A DNA stretch of 41,131 bases from Gammaproteobacteria bacterium (GCA_030632175.1 DAOVVG010000001.1:1-41131), one strand, 5' to 3'. Shown: positions 11,153 through 22,814, counted from the stretch's first letter. Notes: generated from the sequence alone by a model not told the origin. Numbers and translations: made by a program.

Positions 11153-11751
11153 TATGCGACCTCCTCGATATCGTCTTCACCGATCAGCAGCTCTGTTTCA
11201 CTCAGATAGGTGTGCGGAGGGACATCCAGATTAGTCGGTGCAGGCACGCCCTTGTAAACGCGTCCGGCGAGGTCGAACTTGGAGCCATGACAGGGACAGA
11301 AGAAGCCACCCTCCCAGTCTGCGCCCAGATCAGCAGCCCCAACATCAGGCCGGTAGGTCGGTGAGCAACCCAGGTGGGTGCAAATGCCAACTGTGACAAG
11401 CACTTCCGGCTTGATGGAGCGGTATTCGTTTTGTGCATAAGGCGGCTGTATCGATTCCAGCGACTCGGGATCGCTCAGCGTTTGATTCAGCGTCGGCAGC
11501 ACTTCCAGCATTTTTTGTGTGCGTCTGACCAGCCATACCGGCTTGCCGCGCCACTTCACCCGGATCATCTGTCCCGGCTCAAGCTTGCTGATGTCTGCAC
11601 GCACCGGCGCACCGGCGGCACGAGCCCTGGCACTGGGTTGCATGGAAGAAATGAAGGGCACTAACACAAAGCCCATCCCGACGGCACCGACGACAGATGT
11701 TGCAGCTGTCAAAAAACGACGTCGTCCTGAATTGGTGTTATCGCCACTCAT
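11152..11751 (-). CDS. petA: Rieske iron-sulfur subunit of the bc1 complex
   Basis: Tat signal RRRFLTAAT. Rieske boxes CTHLGC and CPCHGS. Its stop codon overlaps the petB start (TAATG). Confidence 0.95.
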   Translation of the reverse strand: MSGDNTNSGRRRFLTAATSVVGAVGMGFVLVPFISSMQPSARARAAGAPVRADISKLEPGQMIRVKWRGKPVWLVRRTQKMLEVLPTLNQTLSDPESLESIQPPYAQNEYRSIKPEVLVTVGICTHLGCSPTYRPDVGAADLGADWEGGFFCPCHGSKFDLAGRVYKGVPAPTNLDVPPHTYLSETELLIGEDDIEEVA

Positions 11752-11970
11752 TTGGCAATCTCCAGATAAATATTATAAAATCAATTAGTTATGTAATTTT
11801 TTATGCCACTTTTCAACGGCAAAAACACTTTAACTATTTCGGAATATTCTAATTTAATACAAGCGATTCACAAGAACCGCATAGGATGGTCTAACTACCC
11901 GATAAGGTCAAGGGGTGACCGGGGGAAAACCCACCTGCCGGGGTGTTTTTAATGCAGCACACTGCCGTCA

Positions 11971-12729
11971 TCAAACCGGATTGGCGATATCGATAAACTG
12001 GTGGCTGATGTCGAAGTGTCCGGACAGGTGCTCGCCCAGCGCGCTGGCACCATAGCGCTCGGTTGCGTGGTGGCCGGCCGCAAAGTAATGAATGCCGCAC
12101 TCACGCGCCACATGCACCGTCTGCTCGGATATCTCGCCGCTGATGAAGGCATCCAGCCCCTGCTCCGCTGCCGCTTCTATATAAGACTGCGCCGCCCCCG
12201 TACACCAGCCCACCGTTTCAATCATCGCCGCACGCCCGGTAATGTGAAGCGGCGCCCGGCCCAGCTGTGTTTCGATATGCCGTGCCAGTGTCGGCGCGTC
12301 CAGCGGCTGCGACAACTCGCCGAACTGCGCCAGCTGTAAACCGCCGTCATTGCCGAAACAGCCGCTGCGCTTGAAGCCCAGTACGCGAGCCAACTGCGCG
12401 TTATTGCCCAGTTGCGGATGCGCGTCCAGTGGTAGATGGTAGGCCAGCAGACTGGTGCCGGTACCCAGCAGCCGCTGCAGCCGCTGCCGCTTCATACCCG
12501 TGACGCACTCATCCTCACCCTTCCAGAAATATCCGTGGTGCACCAGTATGGCATCGGCCTCTGCCGCAATTGCGGCCTCTACCAGTTCCAGACTGGCAGT
12601 GACACCGCTGACCAGACAATGCACTTCAGGCCGGCCTTCCACCTGTAAGCCGTTCGGACAATAATCACTGAAATTTTCGACAGCCAACAGACTGTCCGTG
12701 TATTCAACCAGCGCTTTCAGGGTTACCAT
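11971..12729 (-). CDS. ybgI: Nif3-like dinuclear metal-centre protein (YbgI family)
   Basis: DYCPNGLQVEG...AILVHHGYFW...LLAYHLPLDAHP...HYFAAGHHATE are typical NIF3/YbgI motifs. Confidence 0.88.
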   Translation of the reverse strand: MVTLKALVEYTDSLLAVENFSDYCPNGLQVEGRPEVHCLVSGVTASLELVEAAIAAEADAILVHHGYFWKGEDECVTGMKRQRLQRLLGTGTSLLAYHLPLDAHPQLGNNAQLARVLGFKRSGCFGNDGGLQLAQFGELSQPLDAPTLARHIETQLGRAPLHITGRAAMIETVGWCTGAAQSYIEAAAEQGLDAFISGEISEQTVHVARECGIHYFAAGHHATERYGASALGEHLSGHFDISHQFIDIANPV

Positions 12730-12785
12730 CGCACCACTTCCTGTTAAGGTGTTCTCGTTTCAACTGGCAACAGGGTATACCACCC

Positions 12786-13976
12786 ATGGCAATACGTAAA
12801 TTTCTTACCTTCCTCCTGCAAACCATCATGACGGGCCTGGCTGCGGCCTTTCTCTATATACTGCTGATAGACCCCGACCTGCTGCGCAACAACGGCACAG
12901 TTGTCGAAGTAATCGAGTCTCCGCAGAAGTCCGCATTAGAGTCAGCTGACCAGTCCCGAACAGGGCAACGGGGCAGGCCGGTATCCTATGCGGATGCTGT
13001 TGAAAAAGCGGTACCGGCTGTCGTTAACATCCATACCGCAAAGGTCATCACGCATCGCGTCCATCCGTTACTGACGGATCCAATATTCCAGAAGTTTTTT
13101 GGCGACCAGTTTGCCAAGGCGCGCAAGGAAGTACAGACCAGCCTCGGCTCGGGGGTATTGATCAGCACCCAGGGTCACATCCTGACCAACAACCACGTCA
13201 TCGAAGGCGCCGACCAGATACAAATCCTGCTGGCTGACGGTCGCAGCGCCAGGGCACGGGTGGTCGGCACCGACCTCGACACTGATCTGGCAGTTTTGCA
13301 CATCACCGCTGACGAGCTACCCAGCATCGTTATCGGCGATTCACGTCGCCTGCGTGTCGGCGATGTGGTGCTCGCCATCGGCAACCCGTTTGGCGTTGGA
13401 CAAACCGTCACCTCGGGCATTATCAGCGCCACCGGACGTGACCATCTGGGTATTACCGCTTACGAAGATTTCATACAAACCGATGCCGCCATCAATCCGG
13501 GCAACTCCGGCGGCGCACTGATCAATACCCATGGTGAACTGATCGGAATTAACTCTGCCATTTACAGCAAGAGCGGTGGCTCACAAGGCATCGGTTTTGC
13601 CATTCCCATCAGCCTGGCCAAGGGTGTTATGACCCAGATTATTGAACATGGTTACGTGATACGTGGCTGGCTGGGTATCGAGGCACTGGACATGACACCA
13701 CAGCTGGCCAAAACCACTGACCAGCCCTACACACGGGGCATGCTGATCAGCACCGTCATCAATAACGGACCGGCCGCCGATGCCGGCCTGCTGCCCGGAG
13801 ACATCCTGGTCGCCATCAACGGCAAGCCGATTGAAGAAACAAACGAGGTAATGAAGACCATTTCCCGGCAAAAACCTGGCACCCTCATTAAACTGAACGG
13901 CGTCAGAAAGGGCGTAGCGTTTAGCACGCAGGCGAGAGTGATTCAGAGACCGGGCAGAAACAAGCCGGCGAGTTAA
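12786..13976 (+). CDS. degS: DegS/AlgW-type periplasmic serine endopeptidase (trypsin fold plus a single PDZ)
   Basis: N-terminal TM segment. Catalytic motifs TNNHV, DLAVL and GNSGGAL. One C-terminal PDZ (LLPGDILVAINGKPI). Confidence 0.85.
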   Translation: MAIRKFLTFLLQTIMTGLAAAFLYILLIDPDLLRNNGTVVEVIESPQKSALESADQSRTGQRGRPVSYADAVEKAVPAVVNIHTAKVITHRVHPLLTDPIFQKFFGDQFAKARKEVQTSLGSGVLISTQGHILTNNHVIEGADQIQILLADGRSARARVVGTDLDTDLAVLHITADELPSIVIGDSRRLRVGDVVLAIGNPFGVGQTVTSGIISATGRDHLGITAYEDFIQTDAAINPGNSGGALINTHGELIGINSAIYSKSGGSQGIGFAIPISLAKGVMTQIIEHGYVIRGWLGIEALDMTPQLAKTTDQPYTRGMLISTVINNGPAADAGLLPGDILVAINGKPIEETNEVMKTISRQKPGTLIKLNGVRKGVAFSTQARVIQRPGRNKPAS

Positions 13977-14042
13977 CCGTTGTGCACTGATTGCTGTTTA
14001 AGCTTGCAGCCCAGGCTGCGGTCAAACTGCCTGCCCGACCCG

Positions 14043-15125
14043 TCAGGAACCTGCCAGCAAGGGCTCCAGCGCGGTCAGAAAAGCTGCGTTTTCATCAGGC
14101 GTACCGACCGTAACACGCAAACAATCCCGTAGTGCTGCAACTGAACCATCAAGATTCTTGATGAGGATGCCCACCGCCCTGAGTCCCTCGAAAATTTCAG
14201 CTGCCCTGCCCGCCGGCGTACGGAACAGGATGAAATTGGCCTCGCTCGGATACACCGTCAACGATGACAGAGCTTGCAAACCTGAAAGAAGCTGCGCGCG
14301 CTGGCTGCGAATTTCCCGCGCCTGCCCGATAAAATAATCGGCGTGCCGGAGCGCAAAACTCCCGGTCAGTTGATTGACCACACTGATGTTATAGGGAAGA
14401 CGCGTTTTATCGATCTGCTCCAGCCATGCCGGCGGGCCGGCAAGCAGACCCAGCCGCAAACCGGCCAGACCCATCTTGGAGACCGTGCGCAACACCAGCA
14501 GATTATCGTAATCGCCAATGCGTGACATGAAGCTGGCATCCGTAAACGGCGCATAGGCCTCGTCAATCACAACCAGTCCGTCCGCACATGACAACAGGGC
14601 ATGCAGAATGTCAGCATCGAACAAGTTGCCGGTCGGATTGTTTGGATACGCCAGAAAAATCACCGCCGGATTGCACTTCGCCACGGCAGCCAGCAACGCA
14701 TCCTGGTCCAGCGAAAAATCATCCTGCAGCGGTACCGCCTCAAACTCCATGCCGGCAACCTGCGAGATTTGCTGATACATGACAAAGGTCGGCACCGGTG
14801 CCAGCACAACCCGGCCGGGCGCGGCAACCGCCTGGATAATCATCTGGATCAGCTCATCCGAGCCGTTGCCCAGTATCACACCGGCGGCGTCCGGCACGTC
14901 CATCACCCGGCGCATGTCAGCCTGCAACGCGCGGGCTGCCGGATCCGGATAACGGTTGATTTCAGCCGACTTCAGCGTGTCCAGCCAGGCATTGCGCATG
15001 TCATCAGGCCATGACCACGGGTTTTCCATAGCATCGAGCTTGATCATGTTGCCAGCATCCGGCACAGAGTAGGCCACCAACTCCCTGATTTCAGGACGGA
15101 TCAGTTTATTGATTTTTTCCTGCAT
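14043..15125 (-). CDS. hisC: Histidinol-phosphate aminotransferase
   Basis: A 360-aa class-II aminotransferase with NPTGN, the RTVSKMGLAGLRLG PLP-lysine motif, and his-operon context. Confidence 0.92.
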   Translation of the reverse strand: MQEKINKLIRPEIRELVAYSVPDAGNMIKLDAMENPWSWPDDMRNAWLDTLKSAEINRYPDPAARALQADMRRVMDVPDAAGVILGNGSDELIQMIIQAVAAPGRVVLAPVPTFVMYQQISQVAGMEFEAVPLQDDFSLDQDALLAAVAKCNPAVIFLAYPNNPTGNLFDADILHALLSCADGLVVIDEAYAPFTDASFMSRIGDYDNLLVLRTVSKMGLAGLRLGLLAGPPAWLEQIDKTRLPYNISVVNQLTGSFALRHADYFIGQAREIRSQRAQLLSGLQALSSLTVYPSEANFILFRTPAGRAAEIFEGLRAVGILIKNLDGSVAALRDCLRVTVGTPDENAAFLTALEPLLAGS

Positions 15126-15149
15126 AATTATTTCCGCACTACTTGAATC

Positions 15150-15432
15150 CCGTCTCCTCTATGCCCGGCACTTAATCGGGTACTCCGAGAGAGGACTGGG
15201 GATAGGGGATCAAATGAAAACAACCATCTGAAATCCATATCCCCTCTTCCTGTCCTTCTCCCGGAGCACTCAAAGAACGAGCATAAAGGAGAAGGGACGC
15301 TGAGTTTATGCACCGTCGGCATACATTATCAACTGCTCGCCTTATCAAATTTCATGTGCTGGCCCAACACACATAAGACAATACTCGTACCCCCTCTCCC
15401 TCCGGGAGAGGGCTGGGGAGAGGGGATCAAAT
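15150..15432. repeat. Modular intergenic repeat, copy C (318-bp hisD-hisC spacer)
   Basis: Four pieces. atgcccggcacttaatcgggta (15162-15183). A half-hairpin tccgagagaggactggggatagggga. ttcctgtccttctcccggagcactcaaagaacgagcataaaggagaagggacgc (about 15249-15302), nearly identical to 4626-4679. A full hairpin ccctctccc-tcc-gggagaggg (about 15392-15412). Confidence 0.75.
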
Positions 15433-15443
15433 AAATACAAACG

Positions 15444-16745
15444 CTATTTCTTTATCCGCACTTCGGCAGAGCGGGCATGCGCCGTCAACCCCTCACCGTG
15501 CGCCAGTATCGCGGCTGTCTTCCCCAGCGTGCTGGCGCCTTCCTCCGAGCAGAAAATCAGGCTGGAGCGTTTTTGAAAATCGTACACACCCAGCGGTGAG
15601 GAAAAACGCGCGGTGCGCGAGGTCGGCAACACATGGTTGGGGCCGGCACAGTAATCACCCAGCACCTCTGCCGTGTAACGCCCCATAAAGATGGCACCGG
15701 CGTGGCGAATGCGTGCAGCGATCACCTGCGGTTCTGCCACTGAAAGTTCCAGGTGTTCAGGTGCAATCAGGTTGGCGATCTCAACCGCCTCGTCCATATC
15801 GCGTACCTGTATGAGCGCACCCTGCCCCTGCAGCGAGGCACGAATGATTTCAGCCCGCGACATCTCCGGCAGCAGACGCTTGATACTGGCGGCAACCCGG
15901 TCAAGGAAATCTCCATCCGGGCTGACCAGTATGGACTGGGCGTCTTCATCATGTTCCGCCTGTGAAAACAGGTCAACGGCAATCCAGTCAGGGTCTGTCT
16001 GACCGTCACAGACCACCAGTATCTCGGAAGGCCCGGCAATCATGTCGATGCCGACCTTGCCAAACACCATGCGCTTGGCCGAAGCCACATAGGCATTTCC
16101 CGGTCCGACAATCTTGTCAACTGCCGGAATGGTGACCGTACCATAGGCCAGTGCAGCAACGGCCTGGGCTCCTCCGACCGCGAACACACGATCGACACCC
16201 GCAATAGCGGCTGCCGCCAGCACCATGTCATTCACCTCGCCTTCCGGGGTCGGTACCACCATGATCAGTTCGGCAACGCCGGCAACCTTGGCCGGAATCG
16301 CATTCATCAATACCGAGGAAGGATAGGCAGCCTTGCCACCCGGCACATACAGACCGACACGGTCCAGCGGTGTCACCTGCTGACCCAGCAAGGTGCCATC
16401 TGCCTCGGTATAGGACCAGGACTCCATTTTCTGATGCCCGGCATAGGCACGTATTCTGTCTGCCGCCTGTTCCAGCGCAACACGCTGTGACTGTGGCAGC
16501 GAGGCCAGTGCCTGTTGACAGGCATCCAGCGTTATCTCCAAGTCTGCGGCAGCTGGCATCGACCAGCGATCGAAACGTTGGGTGTAATCAATAACAGCCG
16601 CATCACCGCGCGTACGCACATCGGCAATGACGTCACGCACCACAGACTCCACCGCCGGGTCAGTCGTTTGATCCCAGTCCAGCAGACGCTCAAGATCCAC
16701 ATCAAACGTGGAATCCTGGCTGTTTAATCTTTTTATCTCAGGCAT
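15444..16745 (-). CDS. hisD: Histidinol dehydrogenase
   Basis: 433 aa with typical HisD motifs, including [23 protein letters not shown] and [13 protein letters not shown]. Confidence 0.95.
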   Translation of the reverse strand: MPEIKRLNSQDSTFDVDLERLLDWDQTTDPAVESVVRDVIADVRTRGDAAVIDYTQRFDRWSMPAAADLEITLDACQQALASLPQSQRVALEQAADRIRAYAGHQKMESWSYTEADGTLLGQQVTPLDRVGLYVPGGKAAYPSSVLMNAIPAKVAGVAELIMVVPTPEGEVNDMVLAAAAIAGVDRVFAVGGAQAVAALAYGTVTIPAVDKIVGPGNAYVASAKRMVFGKVGIDMIAGPSEILVVCDGQTDPDWIAVDLFSQAEHDEDAQSILVSPDGDFLDRVAASIKRLLPEMSRAEIIRASLQGQGALIQVRDMDEAVEIANLIAPEHLELSVAEPQVIAARIRHAGAIFMGRYTAEVLGDYCAGPNHVLPTSRTARFSSPLGVYDFQKRSSLIFCSEEGASTLGKTAAILAHGEGLTAHARSAEVRIKK

Positions 16746-16770
16746 ACCTTCTCGAAAAAATTATAATTGG

Positions 16771-16836
16771 TGTAGGAGCGGACCGTGTCCGCGATTTGTT
16801 TGGCCACCGAAATCGCGGACACGGTCCGCTCCTACA
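16771..16836. repeat. REP doublet (REPIN-like), GTAG heads facing outward
   Basis: tgtaggagcggaccgtgtccgcgat (16771-16795), a 16-nt spacer, then its perfect inverted copy atcgcggacacggtccgctcctaca (16812-16836). Confidence 0.9.
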
Positions 16837-16850
16837 GGTAGTGATAATGA

Positions 16851-17483
16851 TCAAGCAGACACGGCTGTTTTCAGATGCGCGATGAACTCCGTGACACGCG
16901 CATGCTTCATTTTCATGGCCGCCTTGTTAACCACCAGCCGTGAGCTGATGTCGGCGATATGCTCCAGCGGCACCAGGCCATTGGCCTTCAGGGTGTTACC
17001 GGTATCCACCACATCAACGATGCGGTCTGCCAGACCGACCAGCGGTGCCAGTTCCATGGAACCGTATAATTTGATTATCTCTACCTGCTCCTGGCGGTCA
17101 GCATAAAAGCGCCGGGTACTCTGCACGTACTTGGTCGCAATCCGTAACCGGCTCTGTTTCCCGCCTCCGTGTTCCGGCCCCGCCACCATCAATCGGCAAC
17201 GCGCTATTCCCAGGTCCAGCGGTTCATACAGACCTTCACCACCATGTTCCATCAGGACGTCCTTGCCGGCTACGCCGATATCTGCCGCGCCATAACCCAC
17301 GTAGGTCGGCACATCAGCAGCACGGATAATGACCAGCTTGACGTCTTGCTGGTTGGTATCGAGAATCAGTTTGCGACTGGTTTCGGGGTCATCGACCGGC
17401 TCGATACCGGCAGCAGCCAGCAGCGGCAGGGTTTCCTCGAAAATACGGCCCTTGGAGAGAGCGATAGTGAGTGTGTTATTCAT
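16851..17483 (-). CDS. hisG: ATP phosphoribosyltransferase, short (HisZ-dependent) form
   Basis: 210 aa. [18 protein letters not shown]...[19 protein letters not shown]...[12 protein letters not shown]. It lacks the C-terminal regulatory domain of long-form HisG. Confidence 0.95.
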   Translation of the reverse strand: MNNTLTIALSKGRIFEETLPLLAAAGIEPVDDPETSRKLILDTNQQDVKLVIIRAADVPTYVGYGAADIGVAGKDVLMEHGGEGLYEPLDLGIARCRLMVAGPEHGGGKQSRLRIATKYVQSTRRFYADRQEQVEIIKLYGSMELAPLVGLADRIVDVVDTGNTLKANGLVPLEHIADISSRLVVNKAAMKMKHARVTEFIAHLKTAVSA

Positions 17484-17561
17484 GGGCAGTAAGTTTCAGG
17501 CAGAAACCGCCATTTTACAAGCATATTGGCAGGTTGAGAACGGATACCCGTGTGATTTTTC

Positions 17562-17627
17562 TGTAGGAGCGGACCGTGTCCGCGATTTTTTTATATACCG
17601 CAATCGCGGACACGGTCCGCTCCTACA
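17562..17627. repeat. REP doublet (REPIN-like), GTAG heads facing outward
   Basis: The arms at 17562-17586 and 17603-17627 are identical to the arms at 16771-16836. The 16-nt spacer is different (ttttttatataccgca). Confidence 0.9.
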
Positions 17628-17633
17628 GGGACA

Positions 17634-19150
<1,517 letters not shown>

Positions 19151-19184
19151 GGGTCTTATTGGTCCTTGTTCAAAAAGTAATCAT

Positions 19185-19484
19185 CTAGTTAAGCGAGAGA
19201 ATATCATCCAATCCGCAAACCCGCGCAATTGAAAGCAACTGTACCGGGATATTTACAAATTCAATGCTATTACCGGCAATTTCCGATTCCCGCAACCATT
19301 CCACCAGCAACGCAAGACCGGCACTGTCAGCGCGGGTCACTCCCCTGAGATCAATCGTGAGCTGCTTTTTGCCAAGCATATTGACACCGGCATGCCGCAG
19401 CACTGACGGCACCGAGGCAAAACCCAGCTCACCCTGAAGCAGCCAGCTGCCGTCGTCATTCTCCACCAGTTGCGCATCAGCCAT
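19185..19484 (-). CDS. mlaB: STAS-domain protein (MlaB-like)
   Basis: A 99-aa STAS/anti-sigma-antagonist-like fold (LTIDLRGVTRADSAGLALLVEWLRE), located at the end of the mla operon. Confidence 0.72.
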   Translation of the reverse strand: MADAQLVENDDGSWLLQGELGFASVPSVLRHAGVNMLGKKQLTIDLRGVTRADSAGLALLVEWLRESEIAGNSIEFVNIPVQLLSIARVCGLDDILSLN

Positions 19485-19499
19485 CGGTCAGCGCTCGCG

Positions 19500-19982
19500 C
19501 TACTCTTCGCCACCGGCACTGGTGCTGTACAGGAACTGTCCAATGATCTGCTCCATCACCAGCGCAGACTGGGTCAGTTGTACGCGGTCACCATCAGCAA
19601 GATTTTCCATCGAACCGCCCGGCTCCAGCGCAATGTACTGTTCACCCAGCAGGCCGGCGGTAAAAATACTGGCCGAGGTGTCCTCAGGAAAACCGTTATA
19701 GTTGGAGTAGATACGCATGGTGACAACTGCCTCGAAGGCCTTGTCGTCATAATCAATGGCATCAACCCGACCGACCCGCACCCCGGAAACCGTTACCGGG
19801 GAACGCACCTTGAGCCCGCCAATATTCTCGAAACCTGCCGTCAACGTGTAACTGTCCGAACTGGTGACCGCACTCAGGTTACTGACCTGCATGGCAAGCA
19901 TGAACAGGGCTGCAAGACCCAGCGCCACAAACAAACCCACGCCAATTTCAACCATTCTGCTATTCAAGATTCTAGTCTCCAA
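19500..19982 (-). CDS. mlaD: MCE-domain outer-membrane lipid asymmetry protein MlaD
   Basis: [20 protein letters not shown] anchor. [29 protein letters not shown] and [15 protein letters not shown] are colinear with E. coli MlaD. The start is uncertain: TTG at 19982, TTG at 19967 (9 nt after GGAG) or ATG at 19955. Confidence 0.85.
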   Translation of the reverse strand: METRILNSRMVEIGVGLFVALGLAALFMLAMQVSNLSAVTSSDSYTLTAGFENIGGLKVRSPVTVSGVRVGRVDAIDYDDKAFEAVVTMRIYSNYNGFPEDTSASIFTAGLLGEQYIALEPGGSMENLADGDRVQLTQSALVMEQIIGQFLYSTSAGGEE

Positions 19983-20751
19983 ACATCAATGCCGTAAGAA
20001 CAAAGTCCAGTCCGAGCACCGCCAGCGAGGTATGAACCACGGTACGCGTGGTGGCACGACTGACACCTGCCGCGGTTGGCACCGCGTCATAACCTTCAAA
20101 CAACGCAATCCAGCCCGCCACAAAACCAAAAACAATACTCTTGATGATGCCATTATATACATCACCCTGCAGATCTACCTTATCCTGCATTTGCCCCCAG
20201 AAAGCACCGTCATCCACACCCAGCAGGCCGACACCCACAAGATAGCCGCCATATATACCAATAGCACTGAATATGGCTGCCAGCAGGGGTAATGAGATAA
20301 AAGAAGCCAGAAAACGCGGCGTCACCACGCGCTGCACCGGATCTACCGCCATCATTTCCATCCCGGACAGCTGCTCGGTCGCCTTCATCAGACCAATCTC
20401 GGCCGTCAGCGCCGAACCGGCTCGCCCGGCAAACAACAGCGCCGCAACCACCGGCCCCAGCTCCCGCACCAGCGACAGCGCCACCATCACACCCAGGGAA
20501 TCTTCAGCGCCAAAATCAACCAGCGTATTATAGCCCTGCAACCCCAGCACCAACCCCACGAACAAGCCTGAAACCAGGATAATCAGCAGGGTCAGCACGC
20601 CGACTGTGTAGAGTTGTGTGAGTATCAGGCGCGGCCTGATCAGCACCCCCGGAATGGTTGTAAATATCTGCAGTAAAAACAGGTGTCCGCGCCCAAGTCG
20701 CTGAAAGAACCCGAGGGTTACCCTGCCAAGTTTCTGCAATGCATCCAGCAT
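19972..20751 (-). CDS. mlaE: Phospholipid ABC transporter permease MlaE
   Basis: A 259-aa polytopic permease of the MlaE/Ttg2B type, located between mlaF and mlaD. Confidence 0.9.
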   Translation of the reverse strand: MLDALQKLGRVTLGFFQRLGRGHLFLLQIFTTIPGVLIRPRLILTQLYTVGVLTLLIILVSGLFVGLVLGLQGYNTLVDFGAEDSLGVMVALSLVRELGPVVAALLFAGRAGSALTAEIGLMKATEQLSGMEMMAVDPVQRVVTPRFLASFISLPLLAAIFSAIGIYGGYLVGVGLLGVDDGAFWGQMQDKVDLQGDVYNGIIKSIVFGFVAGWIALFEGYDAVPTAAGVSRATTRTVVHTSLAVLGLDFVLTALMFGD

Positions 20752-20753
20752 GG

Positions 20754-21581
20754 TCAGGCCCGTCCACCGCGCAACAAATCATCCCTGAAATCAGCTGCCG
20801 GATAATGAAAGGCCACCGGCCCGTCAGCCTTGCCATCCAGAAACTGACGCGCCCACTCAGAGTCGGATGCCAATAATGCTTCCGGTTTGCCGTGCTCGAT
20901 TACCTTGCCTTGCGACAGCAGGTAAACATAGTCGGCAATCGCTGCTGTTTCCAGCACATCATGCGACACTACGATACTGGTCAGTCCGAGCGCGTCATTC
21001 AGTTCCCGGATCAGTTTTACCAGGATACCCTTGGAGATCGGGTCCTGTCCGGTAAACGGTTCATCGTACATTACCATCATCGGATCCAGGGCAATGGCCC
21101 GCGCCAGTGCAACCCGCCGGGCCATACCGCCGGAAAGTTCGCTGGGCATCATGGCAGACGCACCACGCAGCCCCACCGCCTGCAGCTTCATCAGCACCAG
21201 GTCGCGTATCAAGGCATCCGGCAGGCGGGTGTGCTCGCGTATTGGGTAGGCGACATTCTCGAAGACATTGATATCCGTCAACAGCGCACCGCTCTGAAAC
21301 AGCATGCCCATTTTCTTGCGCAGTTCAAAAAGCCCGTGCCGGCTTAATCCGGTGACCTCTTCCCCGTAGACCCTGATTGAACCGGACTGTGGACGTAACT
21401 GGCCACCAATAAGTTTCAGCAGCGTGGTCTTGCCGGTGCCGCTGGGCCCCATGATGGCGGTCACACCATCCGGCTCGATATCCAGGTCGATACCGTCAAA
21501 AATCATGCGCTCGCCACGTGCAAAATGCAGATCTCTGATTTGTACCACCGGTTCCGTCATACGGTTGTGCGCTCTGTTCAT
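20754..21581 (-). CDS. mlaF: Phospholipid ABC transporter ATP-binding protein MlaF
   Basis: Walker [10 protein letters not shown], signature [14 protein letters not shown] and Walker B MYDEP. The N-terminus aligns best with E. coli MlaF from the ATG at 21581. The track start at 21605 is TTG. Confidence 0.9.
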   Translation of the reverse strand: MNRAHNRMTEPVVQIRDLHFARGERMIFDGIDLDIEPDGVTAIMGPSGTGKTTLLKLIGGQLRPQSGSIRVYGEEVTGLSRHGLFELRKKMGMLFQSGALLTDINVFENVAYPIREHTRLPDALIRDLVLMKLQAVGLRGASAMMPSELSGGMARRVALARAIALDPMMVMYDEPFTGQDPISKGILVKLIRELNDALGLTSIVVSHDVLETAAIADYVYLLSQGKVIEHGKPEALLASDSEWARQFLDGKADGPVAFHYPAADFRDDLLRGGRA

Positions 21582-21771
21582 GCTGGGCTGTCGCACAGAC
21601 ACCAAACGTTTGGTCTGCGCGTAACGGCGTGTATGATAATGCAGAATGGGTCCAAGAGCTTGCTTGATGAAGAATTTTTTACCGCACAGATCTCACATGG
21701 CCGGCCTGGCAGCCGTAAGCTGCACCGGCCAGCCATTCCCGGCCGGTCTCCAGCGGCCGGAATAAATAACC

Positions 21772-22743
21772 ATGTGGATGGAACTGCTGGCCATTGTGGC
21801 CGGATTCACCCTGCTCACCTGGAGTGCCGACCGTTTTGTCGCCGGCGCCAGTGCGATCGCCTATAACCTTAATGTATCGCCACTCATTATCGGTCTGACC
21901 ATTGTTAGCGTGGGTACCTCGGCGCCTGAGATCCTGGTGTCCGCCGTTGCCTCGCTGCAAGGCAACGGCGCACTGGCCATCGGCAACGCACTGGGTTCCA
22001 ACATTATAAATATCGCCCTGGTGCTGGGTGTAACCGCCATGATTGTGCCGCTGAATATTCATTCGGGTATCGTGCGGCGTGAACTCCCGGTCCTCATCGG
22101 CGTCATGATACTGGCCCTGGTACTGATACTCGACGGCACACTGGGACAACTGGATGGCCTGGTATTGCTGAGTGGTATGGTTCTGATGCTGGTCTGGGTA
22201 ACCCGTATCGGGCTGAAGGAAAAGTCTTCCCGTGACCCCATGAGTAAAGAGTTTGCCGAAGAGGTCCCCACCAGCATGCGTATGTCAAGCGCTGCCATGT
22301 GGACGATCGTCGGCGCACTGGCGCTGCTCGCCAGCTCGAAGATGCTGGTCTGGGGTGCGGTGTCCATTGCACATAATATGGGCGTTAGTGACCTGGTCAT
22401 TGGCCTGACCATTGTGGCACTGGGCACCAGCCTGCCGGAACTGGCAGCCTGCGTCATGAGCGCCCTCAAAAACGAGCACGACATTGCAATCGGCAATGTC
22501 ATCGGTTCAAACATCTTTAACCTGCTCGCCGTCCTCGGCCTGCCCGGACTGATCAATCCGGGACCTGTTGATGGCATCGTGCTGACGCGCGACTACCCGG
22601 TCATGGTATGCCTGACGCTGGTATTTTTCGTCATGGCCTACGGCTTTCGCGGCCCCGGCCGCATCACCCGTACTGGAGGTACCTGCTTTGTGCTTGCCTT
22701 TGTTGGCTACCAGACCCTGTTATACTTCAGTGAAGTCGCATAA
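21772..22743 (+). CDS. yrbG: CaCA-family cation/Ca2+ antiporter (YrbG-like)
   Basis: Two alpha-repeat motifs, GTSAPEILVS...GNALGSNIINI and GTSLPELAACV...GNVIGSNIFNL. The position next to kdsD matches E. coli. Confidence 0.88.
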   Translation: MWMELLAIVAGFTLLTWSADRFVAGASAIAYNLNVSPLIIGLTIVSVGTSAPEILVSAVASLQGNGALAIGNALGSNIINIALVLGVTAMIVPLNIHSGIVRRELPVLIGVMILALVLILDGTLGQLDGLVLLSGMVLMLVWVTRIGLKEKSSRDPMSKEFAEEVPTSMRMSSAAMWTIVGALALLASSKMLVWGAVSIAHNMGVSDLVIGLTIVALGTSLPELAACVMSALKNEHDIAIGNVIGSNIFNLLAVLGLPGLINPGPVDGIVLTRDYPVMVCLTLVFFVMAYGFRGPGRITRTGGTCFVLAFVGYQTLLYFSEVA

Positions 22744-22814
22744 CCGCCAGAACTATCAACCCGGCACACGGTCCGAGAGCATGTCCGGCTGAATTTACCT
22801 AACAGATACTCAAC

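Noticed and set aside
11895-11952. A hairpin-like GC stretch followed by a T-run (ggtcaaggggtgacc...cacctgccggggtgttttt) between petA and the Nif3-family gene, considered as a terminator or small RNA.
   Set aside because: The best stems are only 4-5 bp. There is no plus-strand gene upstream to terminate. The promoter-like hexamers nearby are weak, so the evidence is not enough to call a feature.
17484-17561. A possible histidine attenuator or leader peptide upstream of hisG.
   Set aside because: The minus-strand leader contains no His-codon run and no short leader ORF. The spacer is mostly accounted for by the REP doublet.
16771-17627. Whether the repeated 25-mers could be a CRISPR array.
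   Set aside because: The copies are inverted rather than direct. There are only two doublets, separated by a whole gene. There is no regular repeat-spacer periodicity and there are no cas genes.
22757-22792. A REP-like fragment (ccggcacacggtccgagagcatgtccgg) upstream of kdsD.
   Set aside because: It resembles the REP core only partly (cacggtccg and catgtccg). It has no GTAG head and no paired arm, so it is too degenerate to call.
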